DNA from: a virus
Lineage: Duplodnaviria; Heunggongvirae; Uroviricota; Caudoviricetes
Virus record (IMG/VR): IMGVR_UViG_2925897562_000001
Length of the DNA stretch: 64,000 nt
Strand: one strand, 5' to 3'
Shown: piece by piece, positions 39,497-53,068 of the stretch
Layout: every line of letters begins with the position of its first letter
How positions within the stretch are numbered: position 1 is the first letter of the stretch
Made by a program: the position numbers and the translations under genes
The notes under the pieces: model-generated
Databases searched by the model: none
What the model saw: the letters and a program-made list of their open reading frames with translations, nothing else
What the model was told of the DNA's origin: nothing

Positions 39497-40714
39497 ATGC
39501 CAACTGAATATGCTCGCGACAACCTTGGTCGCTATCAGACTGATGGATTAAGTGCAAAAGACTTTAACAAGGTCTTCGATCTTATCCGTAAACAGCAGCG
39601 TCAGAATCGGCGAAACGCGCGACGTACACTCACCCCAAGGATTATGGGGATGCGTAACCGCGAACTTGAGGCATTCCTCAGCCTTGGGAAAAAGAAAGAT
39701 GGCACCTACTTTACGCCCGAAGATATACGCAGTTTCAACACCTCAAGGCAGGCTCATAAAACCAAATTCAAGAGCACGGTACCCGGCATTACCTATGCTC
39801 AGCTGGTGGCGCAGTCCACCAGCATTGATATAAAACGCGCTAACAACAAAGTTTCTGATGGCACAGGGATCAAAGCCGCGACATTCCTCGGGCTAAAACA
39901 CAACCTTGCATTGATATCTGTTAATGCCTCGGATGAGTCGGTCCACCAGCATCACCGTGTCAGAATTCGATTTGAGGAATGGGATAAAGCCGTTGAGGAA
40001 ATTGCTGAAGACGGTGCGAAAAAAGCCCGAATCGCTGCCGATCTCTGCAAGGGCCGGGTATCTTTCGACTGTGATTGTGGACGCCATCAATACTGGTATC
40101 GTTATATGGCCACGGCTGGTAACTATGCTGTCGCGCCGCCAAAAGAGTATGCATTCCCCAAGATCCGCAACCCTGATCTGACTGGTGTGGCCTGCAAACA
40201 TGTGTTGCACGCTATGGCGCGTTTTCAGTCTCCCACATGGCACAAGGCCATCATTATTGCCCTGGAAAAAGCAGCTGAACAGGTAGCCTTCGGCGATGAC
40301 AAGCGGAAGACAACAACCTATTTCAAAGGCGAACTGGCTAAATCGCTCGCGCGCAACCGGACAACAACGACGGATCAGGCTAAAGCTGCGCGTGAGTATG
40401 AGCTGTATCTGAAATCTCAGGATGCATTAGGCAAAAAACTACGCGCAAAAGATAGCGCCACGGACAACGTTCGCCGGTTGTTAAAAAAAGCTCGCACCAC
40501 GGCAAACAGGAAGAATGCCGAACTAAAAGCATCGCGGGTGAGGGAAGCCCAGGCTCGCGCTGAAGCCGACGCTCTCAAAAAAGCCCTGCAAACGCAGGCG
40601 AACAACCTCATAAAGTTTTTCATGAGTCAGGGAATGGACAAGGCCGCTGCCACTGCGCAGGCGCGAAGCATTCTTGAGACACAAATTAACGAAGCCCGTA
40701 AACGGAAAGGATAA
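39497..40714 (+). CDS. structural/late protein with SWIM-like zinc finger and Lys/Ala-rich C-terminus
   Basis: 405 aa; CDCGRH...CKH motif. Confidence 0.65.
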   Translation: MPTEYARDNLGRYQTDGLSAKDFNKVFDLIRKQQRQNRRNARRTLTPRIMGMRNRELEAFLSLGKKKDGTYFTPEDIRSFNTSRQAHKTKFKSTVPGITYAQLVAQSTSIDIKRANNKVSDGTGIKAATFLGLKHNLALISVNASDESVHQHHRVRIRFEEWDKAVEEIAEDGAKKARIAADLCKGRVSFDCDCGRHQYWYRYMATAGNYAVAPPKEYAFPKIRNPDLTGVACKHVLHAMARFQSPTWHKAIIIALEKAAEQVAFGDDKRKTTTYFKGELAKSLARNRTTTTDQAKAAREYELYLKSQDALGKKLRAKDSATDNVRRLLKKARTTANRKNAELKASRVREAQARAEADALKKALQTQANNLIKFFMSQGMDKAAATAQARSILETQINEARKRKG

Positions 40715-43861
<3,147 letters not shown>

Positions 43862-43890
43862 GAAAAGCCCGGCGATCGGGCTTTTCTTTT
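43862..43890. terminator. bidirectional rho-independent terminator gcccg-gcgat-cgggc + ttttctttt
   Basis: hairpin flanked by A-run and T-run between convergent genes. Confidence 0.65.
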
Positions 43891-43906
43891 ATAATGGGTT
43901 CAATTT

Positions 43907-44881
43907 TTATCCGTTACCGCACGACGGTTTCTGCGTGATAAACGTCTCAAGCATCTTTTCCGCAATTGCCGACCAGGTGTGACACTGGACCTTTTCAGCA
44001 TTTTTCACGCGATCAACGCGAGCAATAACCTCATCCCAATCAATCCGCGACTTGATAACCATATGGTTCACCAAAGCCAGGCGATCTGGCGGAAGGCAAT
44101 CGGGAGGCGTTAATACCAACGCCCCGCACATTGCCGCCTCAAGAACAGTTAATCCAAGGCTTTCGGGATGCGTAACGATAAAAACGTCACTCTTACGCAA
44201 TTCAGCTGCAAATTCGGTTGCTGGCACCGGCGTCCGTCTGTATGGAATTACCGAAATATTCCCCGGATCAATGGTAACCAATCCGTCATCAGTCAACGTT
44301 CTGGCCTCATACGGAACGGTCAGACGCTGAAGGTTCATAAGGATACTTAAGGAGTGATCAAACCCACTAACATCAAATGCAGCGTGGTCTACAAAAATAC
44401 GCAGAACATCGTCTGTTTTGGTTTCCAGATGGAACAGATCCTGATTCGCTGCCCATCCAACATGTTTGTTAAAGCGATTATGACGCTCTAACCTGCCGGG
44501 ATTATCCAGGTACCGCCAGGTATCATCGCGGACAGTAAAAGTAATATCGACTGGTGCCGAATCCAGCATAGAACCGTCATATACCTGGGCTACCCATCCA
44601 GAGAATCGGCGACACAGTTGCATGCCTATTTCCCTGGGTACCGTAGTAAAATACCTCAATCCTGGTGCCAAAATGGCCTTCGCAGAACATGCGGTCGCAG
44701 CAGTCAACACAGCTTCAACATAATCCTCCGGGCTTTCGACGCCGGGGGAATATGGACGATGGTATTGCAATGTAACCCCTGCCTCACTAAAGGCGCAGGC
44801 CAGGTTATAAGCCCACATTTCCGTATATGTTTTCACATCACTGATAGCTTCAAATTTTCGCCCAATGATCAGGATGTTCAT
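43907..44881 (-). CDS. GT-B-type glycosyltransferase-like protein, last gene of ban operon
   Basis: 324 aa; C-terminal SLGLTVLEAAMCGALVLTP resembles the GT-B donor-binding region; ATGA overlap with upstream ORF. Confidence 0.65.
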   Translation of the reverse strand: MNILIIGRKFEAISDVKTYTEMWAYNLACAFSEAGVTLQYHRPYSPGVESPEDYVEAVLTAATACSAKAILAPGLRYFTTVPREIGMQLCRRFSGWVAQVYDGSMLDSAPVDITFTVRDDTWRYLDNPGRLERHNRFNKHVGWAANQDLFHLETKTDDVLRIFVDHAAFDVSGFDHSLSILMNLQRLTVPYEARTLTDDGLVTIDPGNISVIPYRRTPVPATEFAAELRKSDVFIVTHPESLGLTVLEAAMCGALVLTPPDCLPPDRLALVNHMVIKSRIDWDEVIARVDRVKNAEKVQCHTWSAIAEKMLETFITQKPSCGNG

Positions 44882-45180
44882 TGCGTCTCCTTTTCCCTGA
44901 CTAAAAGCTCATCCAGCTTGCTTTTATGTTTGAGCACATAGCCACATATTTTTCCTTTGGAGCTAATTTGCGGAATGGAATAATATTCCGAAAATACTAA
45001 TTCAGCCTTTTCTAAGACAAGTGAAACACCATAGCGCGCAACATGTCTGTCGGTCATTTTTGCATCACTGAGATTACCTTTAATTGATAACCAGTCGTTG
45101 AGGTACATATGGTTGCGATTGGCTTTTTTCAGCATGTTGCTCAACCAATTTTTATTACGCTTAGTTAGTTTCCGTTGCAT
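44878..45180 (-). CDS. hypothetical basic protein (AT-rich), coupled between ban and the glycosyltransferase-like gene
   Basis: 100 aa; start overlaps ban stop; markedly lower GC than flanks. Confidence 0.55.
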   Translation of the reverse strand: MQRKLTKRNKNWLSNMLKKANRNHMYLNDWLSIKGNLSDAKMTDRHVARYGVSLVLEKAELVFSEYYSIPQISSKGKICGYVLKHKSKLDELLVREKETQ

Positions 45181-46544
45181 TAATAATCCTCTTGCCAGTC
45201 AGCACCGGCATAGTTATCAAACCGTGAGTATTGGCCGTTAAAAGCCAATCTCACCGTGCCAATTGGGCCATTTCGTTGCTTACCGATAATTACCTCGGCA
45301 ATGCCCTTCATTTCGCTATCCGGGTGATAAACTTCGTCACGATACAGAAACATGATCAGGTCTGCGTCCTGCTCAATTGCTCCTGATTCACGTAAATCTG
45401 AATTTACCGGTCGTTTGTCCGCACGCTGTTCAAGCGATCGATTAAGTTGTGACAATGCCACCACCGGTACTTGTAATTCCTTCGCCAAAGCCTTCAGTGA
45501 GCGAGAAATCTCGGCAATTTCCAGCGTTCGGTTATCTTGCAGCTCGGGGACGCGCATAAGTTGCAGGTAGTCGATCATAATCATGCTCAAACCACCATTT
45601 TCTTTATAAACACGACGAGCGCGGGAACGAAGCTCTGTAGGTGTCAGGGCGCTTGAGTCATCAATAAAAATATTCTGCTTGTCCAACAGAATCCCCATTG
45701 CGCCAGAAACCCGCGCCCAATCCTCGTCGTTAAGTTGCCCTGTTCGAATACGAGTCTGATCAACGCGTGCAAGAGAAGCCAGTGAGCGCATCATCAGCTG
45801 GTGGCTCGGCATCTCAAGGCTAAAAACCAATACGGGCTTATCGTTACGGACTGCGGCATTTTCGACGAGATTCATCGCAAACGTAGTCTTCCCCATCGAT
45901 GGGCGGGCGGCGACAATAATGAGATCGGACGCCTGAAGTCCTGCCGTCTTCTTATTGAGATCGGTAAATCCGGTATCAAGCCCTGTTACACCATCATGCG
46001 GTCGCTGAAACAACTCTTCTATGCGAGATACCGTTGCATCGAGAATGCTGGCGATATCTTTTGGACCACTACCGCTCTTTTGTCGTTTTTCAGCTATTTC
46101 AAAAACGCGGCGCTCGGCCATATCCAGCAATTCATTGCTGCCCCTGCCATCCTGCGCATATCCAGCTTCAGCTATTTCATTTGCGACGGAAATCATTTCA
46201 CGAACAACCGCGCGTTCACGAACGATATCCGCATAAGCACAAATATTTGCCGCGCTGGGCGTGTTCTTTGACATCTCCGCAAGGTACGCAAAACCACCGG
46301 CGCGTTCTAATTTACCGTTCTGTTCAAGTGCTTCAGCAAGTGTTATCAAATCAATCGGTTTGCCATGACTTAATAACCTCTCCATCTCACTGAAAATTTC
46401 ACGATGAGCACTGGTATAAAAATCATCAGCAACTATACGATCTACAACTTCATCCCAGCGGCAGTTATCAAGCATTAAGCCACCAAGTACAGCTTGTTCT
46501 GCACTAAGGGAATTTGGCATGGATTCAAGAGGGGATGCAGACAT
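45180..46544 (-). CDS. ban: DnaB-like replicative helicase
   Basis: 454 aa from ATG 46544; Walker A ARPSMGKTTFAMN; DnaB-family C-terminal domain. Confidence 0.9.
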   Translation of the reverse strand: MSASPLESMPNSLSAEQAVLGGLMLDNCRWDEVVDRIVADDFYTSAHREIFSEMERLLSHGKPIDLITLAEALEQNGKLERAGGFAYLAEMSKNTPSAANICAYADIVRERAVVREMISVANEIAEAGYAQDGRGSNELLDMAERRVFEIAEKRQKSGSGPKDIASILDATVSRIEELFQRPHDGVTGLDTGFTDLNKKTAGLQASDLIIVAARPSMGKTTFAMNLVENAAVRNDKPVLVFSLEMPSHQLMMRSLASLARVDQTRIRTGQLNDEDWARVSGAMGILLDKQNIFIDDSSALTPTELRSRARRVYKENGGLSMIMIDYLQLMRVPELQDNRTLEIAEISRSLKALAKELQVPVVALSQLNRSLEQRADKRPVNSDLRESGAIEQDADLIMFLYRDEVYHPDSEMKGIAEVIIGKQRNGPIGTVRLAFNGQYSRFDNYAGADWQEDY

Positions 46545-46829
46545 TAGCACTCCACCCAGGCGTGCTGAATGTCAGATATAATCGGCATACTCAAATCACT
46601 CCTAACGATATGAGTCATCACCAGAAAATCAGGATTAATGCGCCGGACTCTTCCCGGCTGTCACACCAAATCGCCAGGATGGTGAGTCCCTGTATCCGCT
46701 ATCCCTCCAACGGTGACTTGCACATTCCGGCTACCTGGTTTGTTGCCTGAGCTAGGGGAAAAGGTAACCCCTTTAACGTCACCAGACCGCTAACGACGCA
46801 TGTGCCAGACGCCGTGTTACAACCAAATA

Positions 46830-46905
46830 TGGTGGCCCCTACCGGACTTGAACCGGTGACCGTGCGATTATGAGTCGCCAGCTCTAACCACTGAGCTAAA
46901 GGGCC
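46830..46905 (-). tRNA. tRNA-Ile2 (anticodon CAU, lysidine type)
   Basis: 76 nt cloverleaf; near-identical to recalled E. coli ileX; acceptor GGCCCTT, T-loop GGTTCAAGTCC, 3' CCA. Confidence 0.85.
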
Positions 46906-46932
46906 GGATTACTGCCAATTTTGCTTACGCTT

Positions 46933-47760
46933 TTATTTCACCGGAACAAACGGAACAGCGGTATTACTGGTCATATACTGCGGTAATGTACCGTTCCATT
47001 TGTTGATCGCTTCCAACTCCATAACACCGGGGTTCTGGCGCAGAGCTTCACCACGTAAACGAATGGCATCAGCTTCGGCCTGGGCTTTTGTGCGAATAGC
47101 ATCAGCCTGTCCGGCAGCTTCCGCGCGCAGCATGTTGGCCTCTGCTTCACGTTGTTTGACCTCTTGCTCGCGTTGCAGGGTTTTTTGGTTTGCCGTGACT
47201 TTGGCGTTAATACTGTCAATAACTGTTGGCGGGTATTCTGGCTTACCTACATAAGAGAGGCTCATCACCTGAATGCCGATTGGCGTCATTTCTTCCTGAA
47301 TGTCTTTAAGGGCTGCATCAAGCAATTCGGATTTGCCACCGTCGATAAATTTGTCGGTTGTCATTTTGCTGGCTAACCGGTTCAGAGCATCTGCAACCTT
47401 CTGGCGTAGATCGGTATCAGTAATATCATCTACACCTTTGCGATAGGTCTGAAATACCGTTGTGACTTTTGCTGGATCAACCTTGTAGGCTACGCCGATG
47501 TGGTAACCAATGGTTGTTCCGTCGCTCATCTGGAAGCTGAACGGCTCATCGTATGTCTTCATTTGCTTAAAGGTCGGGAAGATATAAACTTCAGTATTCA
47601 AGCCTGTCCAGTAGCGACCAACGCCAACTACTTCACCGATACCTTTATCATCCCCCAGCTTATTTACTTTGATCCCTACGTTACCTGGCTCTACCCGATC
47701 GCATCCGGTCAGACATAAAGAACCCAAAATAATCGCTGCACTAATCAACGTTTTTTTCAT
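46933..47760 (-). CDS. plp: SPFH/band-7 domain lipoprotein
   Basis: 275 aa; lipobox LCLTGC; C-terminal Ala/Glu-rich coiled coil. Confidence 0.8.
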   Translation of the reverse strand: MKKTLISAAIILGSLCLTGCDRVEPGNVGIKVNKLGDDKGIGEVVGVGRYWTGLNTEVYIFPTFKQMKTYDEPFSFQMSDGTTIGYHIGVAYKVDPAKVTTVFQTYRKGVDDITDTDLRQKVADALNRLASKMTTDKFIDGGKSELLDAALKDIQEEMTPIGIQVMSLSYVGKPEYPPTVIDSINAKVTANQKTLQREQEVKQREAEANMLRAEAAGQADAIRTKAQAEADAIRLRGEALRQNPGVMELEAINKWNGTLPQYMTSNTAVPFVPVK

Positions 47761-47977
47761 TAATTAATTTCCTGGTTTTTTCACGAAAAAAGACTACTGC
47801 GAAAGCTGGGTAAATGAGCGCGAGAAGGACTCCCAACAATACAAGTATTGTGCTGTTAGATGAGATCATATTTGGCAAAAGCCAAACATACAGAACCAGT
47901 GACACAATCAAACAGAGGACGGCATAAATATATAACCGCACCCATAGCGTTCGACATTTGTTCGGATTGTTCTGCAT
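47741..47977 (-). CDS. upl: small two-TM membrane protein upstream of plp
   Basis: 78 aa hydrophobic ORF overlapping plp start. Confidence 0.55.
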   Translation of the reverse strand: MQNNPNKCRTLWVRLYIYAVLCLIVSLVLYVWLLPNMISSNSTILVLLGVLLALIYPAFAVVFFREKTRKLINEKNVD

Positions 47978-48240
47978 CCTCTCACTCCATTATTTAACGA
48001 ATAAAAAAGCTGCGGTGCCGGGTGCCTCCCGGTGTCCTTTGGCTGGTTATCCACCGTGGACGGGGAAACAAGGAGAAATGAATGGACTGATATAACCATT
48101 TCCCCGCGTGCGCTTAGCCGCATTCACCGCAATGGTAAGAGCACTTGGCTGGCTGGGCGGCGATGACGCCTGTACGCATTTGTTGATCCGGTTCTGCTTC
48201 CGGCATTCGCTTAATTAGCCAAATACTCTTAACGTTGCGC

Positions 48241-48327
48241 TGGCGGAGAGTAATGGAATCGAACCATCATCGCTTGCGCTATGGGACGGTTTTCAAGACC
48301 GCTTGAGCACCATGCTCCCTACTCTCC
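48241..48327 (-). tRNA. tRNA-like element, long variable arm, anticodon loop CTTGAAA (UGA, Ser-like), non-canonical D-arm
   Basis: 7-8 bp acceptor GGAGAGT/ACTCTCC, T-arm GATGG-TTCGATT-CCATT, 3' GCCA; hand-folded only. Confidence 0.35.
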
Positions 48328-48748
48328 AGTGATTGTGGTGGTCGGTGCTGAACTCCGACACAGGGTTGTAGCAAGCCCCGCAAAGCGCGCACTACTGTAG
48401 TTGCGGCACATCAGCCTGTGCATTCACCACAATGTTGAGAACACTGGTTGTCACGCGGCAACGCAACATTTATTCATAGATTGGGATATGACCCCGTTAC
48501 GCCAATGTTCTCAACGTTGTAGTGCCGGTTACGGTTCCGGCCAGGCCTCTTCCTCAACGGGGTGTTCTCCATACGGACTACCGTTTATTGGTCGTTCCTG
48601 CGGTTTATGTTGTGAAGCCAGATGCTTATCTTCTGGTTGCTTCTAAGAGCTGCACTTCATCACAACGGTAAGGGTACTTCGTAGGGATTCGAACCCTCTG
48701 CCAAGCTCGGCGATCTCCGACGTCGCAAAATACCCTTACCTGTTGTGC

Positions 48749-48824
48749 TGGTGCCGATTAACGGACTCGAACCGCTGACATCCTGCTTACAAGGCAGGCG
48801 CTCTACCAACTGAGCTAAACCGGC
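48749..48824 (-). tRNA. tRNA-Thr (anticodon UGU)
   Basis: 76 nt; GCCGGTT...GCTCAGTTGGTAGAGC...loop CTTGTAA...GGTTCGAGTCC...CCA. Confidence 0.85.
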
Positions 48825-48826
48825 AT

Positions 48827-48902
48827 TGGCGATGGTGGATGGATTTGAACCATCGACCCGTTGATTAACAGTCAACCGCTCTAACCGCTGAGCTACACCA
48901 TC
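48827..48902 (-). tRNA. tRNA-Asn (anticodon GUU)
   Basis: 76 nt; loop CTGTTAA; T-loop GGTTCAAATCC; 3' GCCA. Confidence 0.85.
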
Positions 48903-49367
48903 ACTTGCCGGGTACGTCTCCGGCGAGGGCTTCCACCTCCGTATGCTTTTCGGCGCACCGCGCCCTGGCTGCAATTCGGTAACAGGGGATGCATAACCCT
49001 GGCTTCCAGCGTGATTAGCGCTTTCAGCATGACGGGATATACCCGTAAATTCGTGGAACTGTACCCAAAGTGCTGTTAAGCACCGCTGTTACGCTGAAAA
49101 GAAGACGCAACAGGAAAGGACGCTGACCAACAGATGGCCCCTTCTCGTTCATCTGGTTAATCACACCAGCGCCCTTACCTGTTGTGCCTCCCCGTTCCCT
49201 AATACACAGACGGGGACACTCTGCGGTCGATTTTTTGACGGGGGACGACTCATACCCCGTGGCGTCTGGCTTCTTAGGCCGCTACCATCATCAGATCATC
49301 GTTTGCATTTACTTTAATGGTCAGTTTCTAAAACGCCGCAAAGTCGCTAACCATGACGAAAACCCTG

Positions 49368-49393
49368 AAAAAAACGCCCACCCGAAGATGGGC
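49368..49393 (-). terminator. rho-independent terminator on minus strand (GCCCAUC-UUCG-GGUGGGC + U7)
   Basis: 7-bp stem, UUCG tetraloop, T7 run; about 180 nt downstream of the perfect C1 operator. Confidence 0.5.
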
Positions 49394-49570
49394 AAACTGG
49401 AAGCTCGTAACGCACTTCGGTGTTGCCACTTAGGCGTATGGTCAACCTGGCAACTCGGCGTCATGAGGGGGAAGGAGTCACTACCCCGCCATACTTGCCG
49501 CCGCGCCTGTCGCGGCTAACAGCTAAATCGCTCTATAAATCACGATTCATTGAGGCGATATTACACTAAT

Positions 49571-49587
49571 AAATTTATTAGAGCAAT
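49571..49587 (-). promoter_or_regulatory. C1 operator, perfect consensus ATTGCTCTAATAAATTT
   Basis: 17/17 match, leftward orientation toward tRNAs-upl-plp-ban. Confidence 0.75.
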
Positions 49588-52166
49588 ATAGCCATAACGT
49601 CATGAGCAACACCACGAGTGTCTCCCTTACAAGACACAGAACGTCTGGCAAAGAGAGGTTCCACTCTGAAGCCTCTGTCCTGATAAAGTTCTCTGACGTT
49701 TGGCGCGCCACTGTTAGTAATGAGTACCTTTGCACCTCGGCGATGAGCATCCGTCAACAGAGACACCAGGCGTTTTTGCTCTTCAAACTTAAAGTCATGA
49801 CCGGAATAGTTCGTGAACCCCTCTGTATTGGGGAGCGGTTCATACGGCGGATCGCAAAAGATGACATCTCCTTCTCCGGCAGCTTCAATCACTGCTGCAA
49901 AATCACCGCATACAAACTCAGACCGCCCTTCCGCACCGAGGAAGGCTTCCATCTCCTGTAATGGGAAATACGGAGTTTTATACTTCCCATAACCGACATT
50001 GAACTCACCGGCCTGGTTGTAGCGCGTCAATCCGTTAAAACAATGACGGTTCAGGAACAAAAACGCCGCTGCGCGATGTAAATCATCATAGACTTGTTTG
50101 TTAAACGCATTCCGTACTGCCAAGTATCCCTCCTGGGTGTTGTAGTCCAGGAAAAAACGATGTGCCAGAGTGATAAGTGAATGCTCCTCGCGTTGCAGAG
50201 TCTTGTAAAAGTTAATCAGGTCAGCATTCACATCATTTAGCAGATTTTCCTGGTATCCGGCATTCATGAAGACAGCTCCGCCACCGACGAAAGGTTCAAT
50301 CAGGCGCTTCCCTTCTGGCAAATAGCGAAAGATTTGTTCCAGAACACCAAATTTTCCACCGGCCCATTTGAATATGGACCGTTCGAATTCTGCCGCTGGT
50401 TTAACTTTTCGCTCTTTTGTTTCACTTCCTTCTTTCTGCCGACATACGGCCTTAGTAATCCGATCGCCAATCCAGCGCATTACTGGTATTGCCATACTAT
50501 TGCCGATCGCTTTGTAACGCGGTCCGTCAGCTGCAAGCATCGCGGCCTCTTCTTCGCTTAAATCTGGATAGTGATTGCGAAGATATGCCAGTTCATCTGA
50601 ATTAACTTTTTTACGCTTTTCCGTCGGGATCAACGTATGCCCATCAGGAAAACCTTGAAGTCTCTCACATTCGACAGGGGTAAGACGGCGAACACTCATC
50701 ATATGAGGTAAGTAACCATTCTCACCTAATTCGCCTTTTTCAATACTTTTCTGCCCCCCAAAAGATAACGCAACGGCGTCAGCTGTAGCGCGGGAATCAA
50801 GAGTAAAACTTATCTCTTTTTGCCACCCTTTACCTTGCGGTCCAGCATCATCTTTTCGCCCAATTTGTGCATGTTGTAGCGAATACGCAACAGCTGGTGG
50901 GCAGCCTGCATTTGGATTGCTATTAACAGAATTACCTGATCGTAAAGTCGGAGAACATTCAATAGAAACATCTTGTCCATAATCTTTGCAGGAAAAAGCT
51001 ACAACTGCATTTTCTTGACCATGGTTACGACCAATAGTATGTGCCAATTCACAATTAACATCAGGATCTTGTGTTCCATGAATAGCCATCACCGCCAGAT
51101 GTTCGTGACTTTCTTGTGATCTGGCACGAAGAGTGCCTGCACCTTCACGCCAACTACCAGCACCAGTACTACTGAAAACAGCTAAATCGGTTGCATCTTT
51201 AAAATCTCTGGCCTTGACAGTAGAAGCAGTCTCATCATCAGCATATTCGCCAAATGCAACCATTCGATAAGCACCAACAAGCCCACTTCCGCGCTGCGCA
51301 AAAATCTCTTGGTTACTTGCACCGATTCCGCCAGTATTGTGTGACTGGTTAAGTGTCGGGTGAGGATTTACAGGGTTATCCCAATGGCTCCCGCTTTTAA
51401 TGCCATTTCCAACATTTCCGGCAACTTCCTTCCCCTCGCCTCTGCTCGGCGCAATATTCCGGCGCACGCCTTCGAACTCAAAAAGTACCGTTGCGGGATC
51501 GAGGTCTGTTCGAGCACTTGCGACAACAAACACGCGTCGGCGTCGTTGTGCCACTCCGAAGTATTGGGCATCAAGGATTCTCCAGGCCACCTTTCGCTGC
51601 GGTCCATAAATACAACCACACTGCGGCCACTTTGGAACATGGCAACCGGTTTTGCCATCCCACCGCCAGAACGCGTTGCTTTTTCCTGATTCAGGTCGAT
51701 CACCTGGTTCAAATGGCACATCTTCTCCAGCCAATCCAGCAAGGAAACATCCGAAGGCGTTATCTGCCGATGACAAGACTCCTGGGACATTTTCCCAGAC
51801 GATAACGGCTGGTTTGAGAAATGACTCAGCCCGTTTGTCGTCAATTGCATTTGCAAGCTCCACATACTTTAAAGTTAGCGCGCCACGCTCATCATCAAGC
51901 CCACCACGTAATCCCGCGATACTGAATGCCTGACAAGGTGTTCCCCCGACGAGCACATCAGGGGATTCGATTTCCCCAGCCAGGACTTTTTTGGCAAGTT
52001 TTGTCATGTCGCCAAGGTTGGCGACATGGGGCCAGCGGTGCGCAAGAACGGCAGATGGAAAAGACTCGATTTCAGCAAACCACACCGGACGCATACCCAA
52101 CGGTTCCCAGGCAATACTCGCGGCTTCAATTCCACTGCAAACAGATCCATAGCACAGCTCTTTCAC
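49578..52166 (-). CDS. dmt: bifunctional DNA methyltransferase (C5-cytosine MTase N-terminal domain plus Dam-like N6-adenine MTase C-terminal domain)
   Basis: 862 aa; GTG start overlapping hrdC stop; motifs [12 protein letters not shown] (PCQ) and FKWAGGK...DPPY. Confidence 0.9.
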   Translation of the reverse strand: MKELCYGSVCSGIEAASIAWEPLGMRPVWFAEIESFPSAVLAHRWPHVANLGDMTKLAKKVLAGEIESPDVLVGGTPCQAFSIAGLRGGLDDERGALTLKYVELANAIDDKRAESFLKPAVIVWENVPGVLSSADNAFGCFLAGLAGEDVPFEPGDRPESGKSNAFWRWDGKTGCHVPKWPQCGCIYGPQRKVAWRILDAQYFGVAQRRRRVFVVASARTDLDPATVLFEFEGVRRNIAPSRGEGKEVAGNVGNGIKSGSHWDNPVNPHPTLNQSHNTGGIGASNQEIFAQRGSGLVGAYRMVAFGEYADDETASTVKARDFKDATDLAVFSSTGAGSWREGAGTLRARSQESHEHLAVMAIHGTQDPDVNCELAHTIGRNHGQENAVVAFSCKDYGQDVSIECSPTLRSGNSVNSNPNAGCPPAVAYSLQHAQIGRKDDAGPQGKGWQKEISFTLDSRATADAVALSFGGQKSIEKGELGENGYLPHMMSVRRLTPVECERLQGFPDGHTLIPTEKRKKVNSDELAYLRNHYPDLSEEEAAMLAADGPRYKAIGNSMAIPVMRWIGDRITKAVCRQKEGSETKERKVKPAAEFERSIFKWAGGKFGVLEQIFRYLPEGKRLIEPFVGGGAVFMNAGYQENLLNDVNADLINFYKTLQREEHSLITLAHRFFLDYNTQEGYLAVRNAFNKQVYDDLHRAAAFLFLNRHCFNGLTRYNQAGEFNVGYGKYKTPYFPLQEMEAFLGAEGRSEFVCGDFAAVIEAAGEGDVIFCDPPYEPLPNTEGFTNYSGHDFKFEEQKRLVSLLTDAHRRGAKVLITNSGAPNVRELYQDRGFRVEPLFARRSVSCKGDTRGVAHDVMAILL

Positions 52167-53068
52167 TGCTTAGCCTCTCCACCAAGGGCATTTACCAGAG
52201 CATCAACCAGGCACGAAATTTCACTGGTCAACAGGAAGAAATCTGCGTCCAGTCGCTGCGCAACATCTTCACTATCAATATCAGAGTTCTGCTCAAGCAA
52301 TTCATCCGCAAATTTGACGCTGGTAAGGCTGAAGTTATGGTCCAGTGTAAATTTAATGCGGTTCTGCCAGTCGAGTGCCAACTTAGTGACGAGCTTGCCA
52401 GCTTCCAGGTGTGTGGATATTTCATCACTTCCCAAGTCCTGCTTTTTCACTCGGGCAATACCGCCATCCTCAAGCACTGCCTTAAGTTCTGCCGCATCCC
52501 CCATTTGAAATCCCTGTGGAGCACTACCATCACGTACCCAGTCGGTCAGCGTTAATTCAATGGGATTTTCAACACTCAGGGGAACAACAGGAAGAGAACC
52601 CAGAGACTTACGCATAAGCGCGAGCATATCCTCTGCCTGCCGCGCGCTGGCATTGATATAGATACGTTTAGTTGAACCGTCGTAGATCGCCTGGATAACA
52701 GAAAACTTTGAAAAAGCCCGTGGCAGAAGAGAATGCAGAACTTCGTCTTTCAGGGAGTCCTTCTCTGTTTTCTTCAGTTTACGCGCTTGTTCTTGCTCAA
52801 GTTTTTCAATTTTTTCTTGAATAGCTCGCTGGATAACCGGCGGGGGAAGAATTTTTGTTTCGCGCTTTGCTTCAACAAGGATAAAACCATTTCCATGCAT
52901 AGCGATAACTTCGGAATTATCACCAAATGGAGATACAAAACCGAACTTGGCCATATCCTGACTACCGCATGGCGTGAAAAGGATCATTTTCTTTTTATCT
53001 TCTAAGTCGGTCAGATCCGCCTCACGAGAAAGTTTATAAATAGTAATGTTTTTCCAGTGCTTAAACAT
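52163..53068 (-). CDS. hrdC: RdgC-like recombination-associated protein
   Basis: 301 aa from ATG 53068 ([16 protein letters not shown]... resembles recalled RdgC N-terminus). Confidence 0.85.
   Translation of the reverse strand: MFKHWKNITIYKLSREADLTDLEDKKKMILFTPCGSQDMAKFGFVSPFGDNSEVIAMHGNGFILVEAKRETKILPPPVIQRAIQEKIEKLEQEQARKLKKTEKDSLKDEVLHSLLPRAFSKFSVIQAIYDGSTKRIYINASARQAEDMLALMRKSLGSLPVVPLSVENPIELTLTDWVRDGSAPQGFQMGDAAELKAVLEDGGIARVKKQDLGSDEISTHLEAGKLVTKLALDWQNRIKFTLDHNFSLTSVKFADELLEQNSDIDSEDVAQRLDADFFLLTSEISCLVDALVNALGGEAKQ

Noticed and set aside
48662-48745. Possible fifth tRNA with T-arm AGGGTTCGAATCCCT
   Set aside because: No canonical D-arm or matching acceptor stem; 8 extra nt between T-arm and the 3' strand; treated as a tRNA fragment or pseudo-tRNA.
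48660-48974. 104-aa minus-strand ORF spanning the tRNA-Thr and tRNA-Asn genes
   Set aside because: It overlaps two canonical tRNA genes; translation reflects tRNA sequence, not a protein gene.
49184-49519. 111-aa plus-strand ORF in the dmt-tRNA intergenic region
   Set aside because: No RBS, antisense to the C1-controlled transcript and overlaps its terminator hairpin; more likely noncoding.
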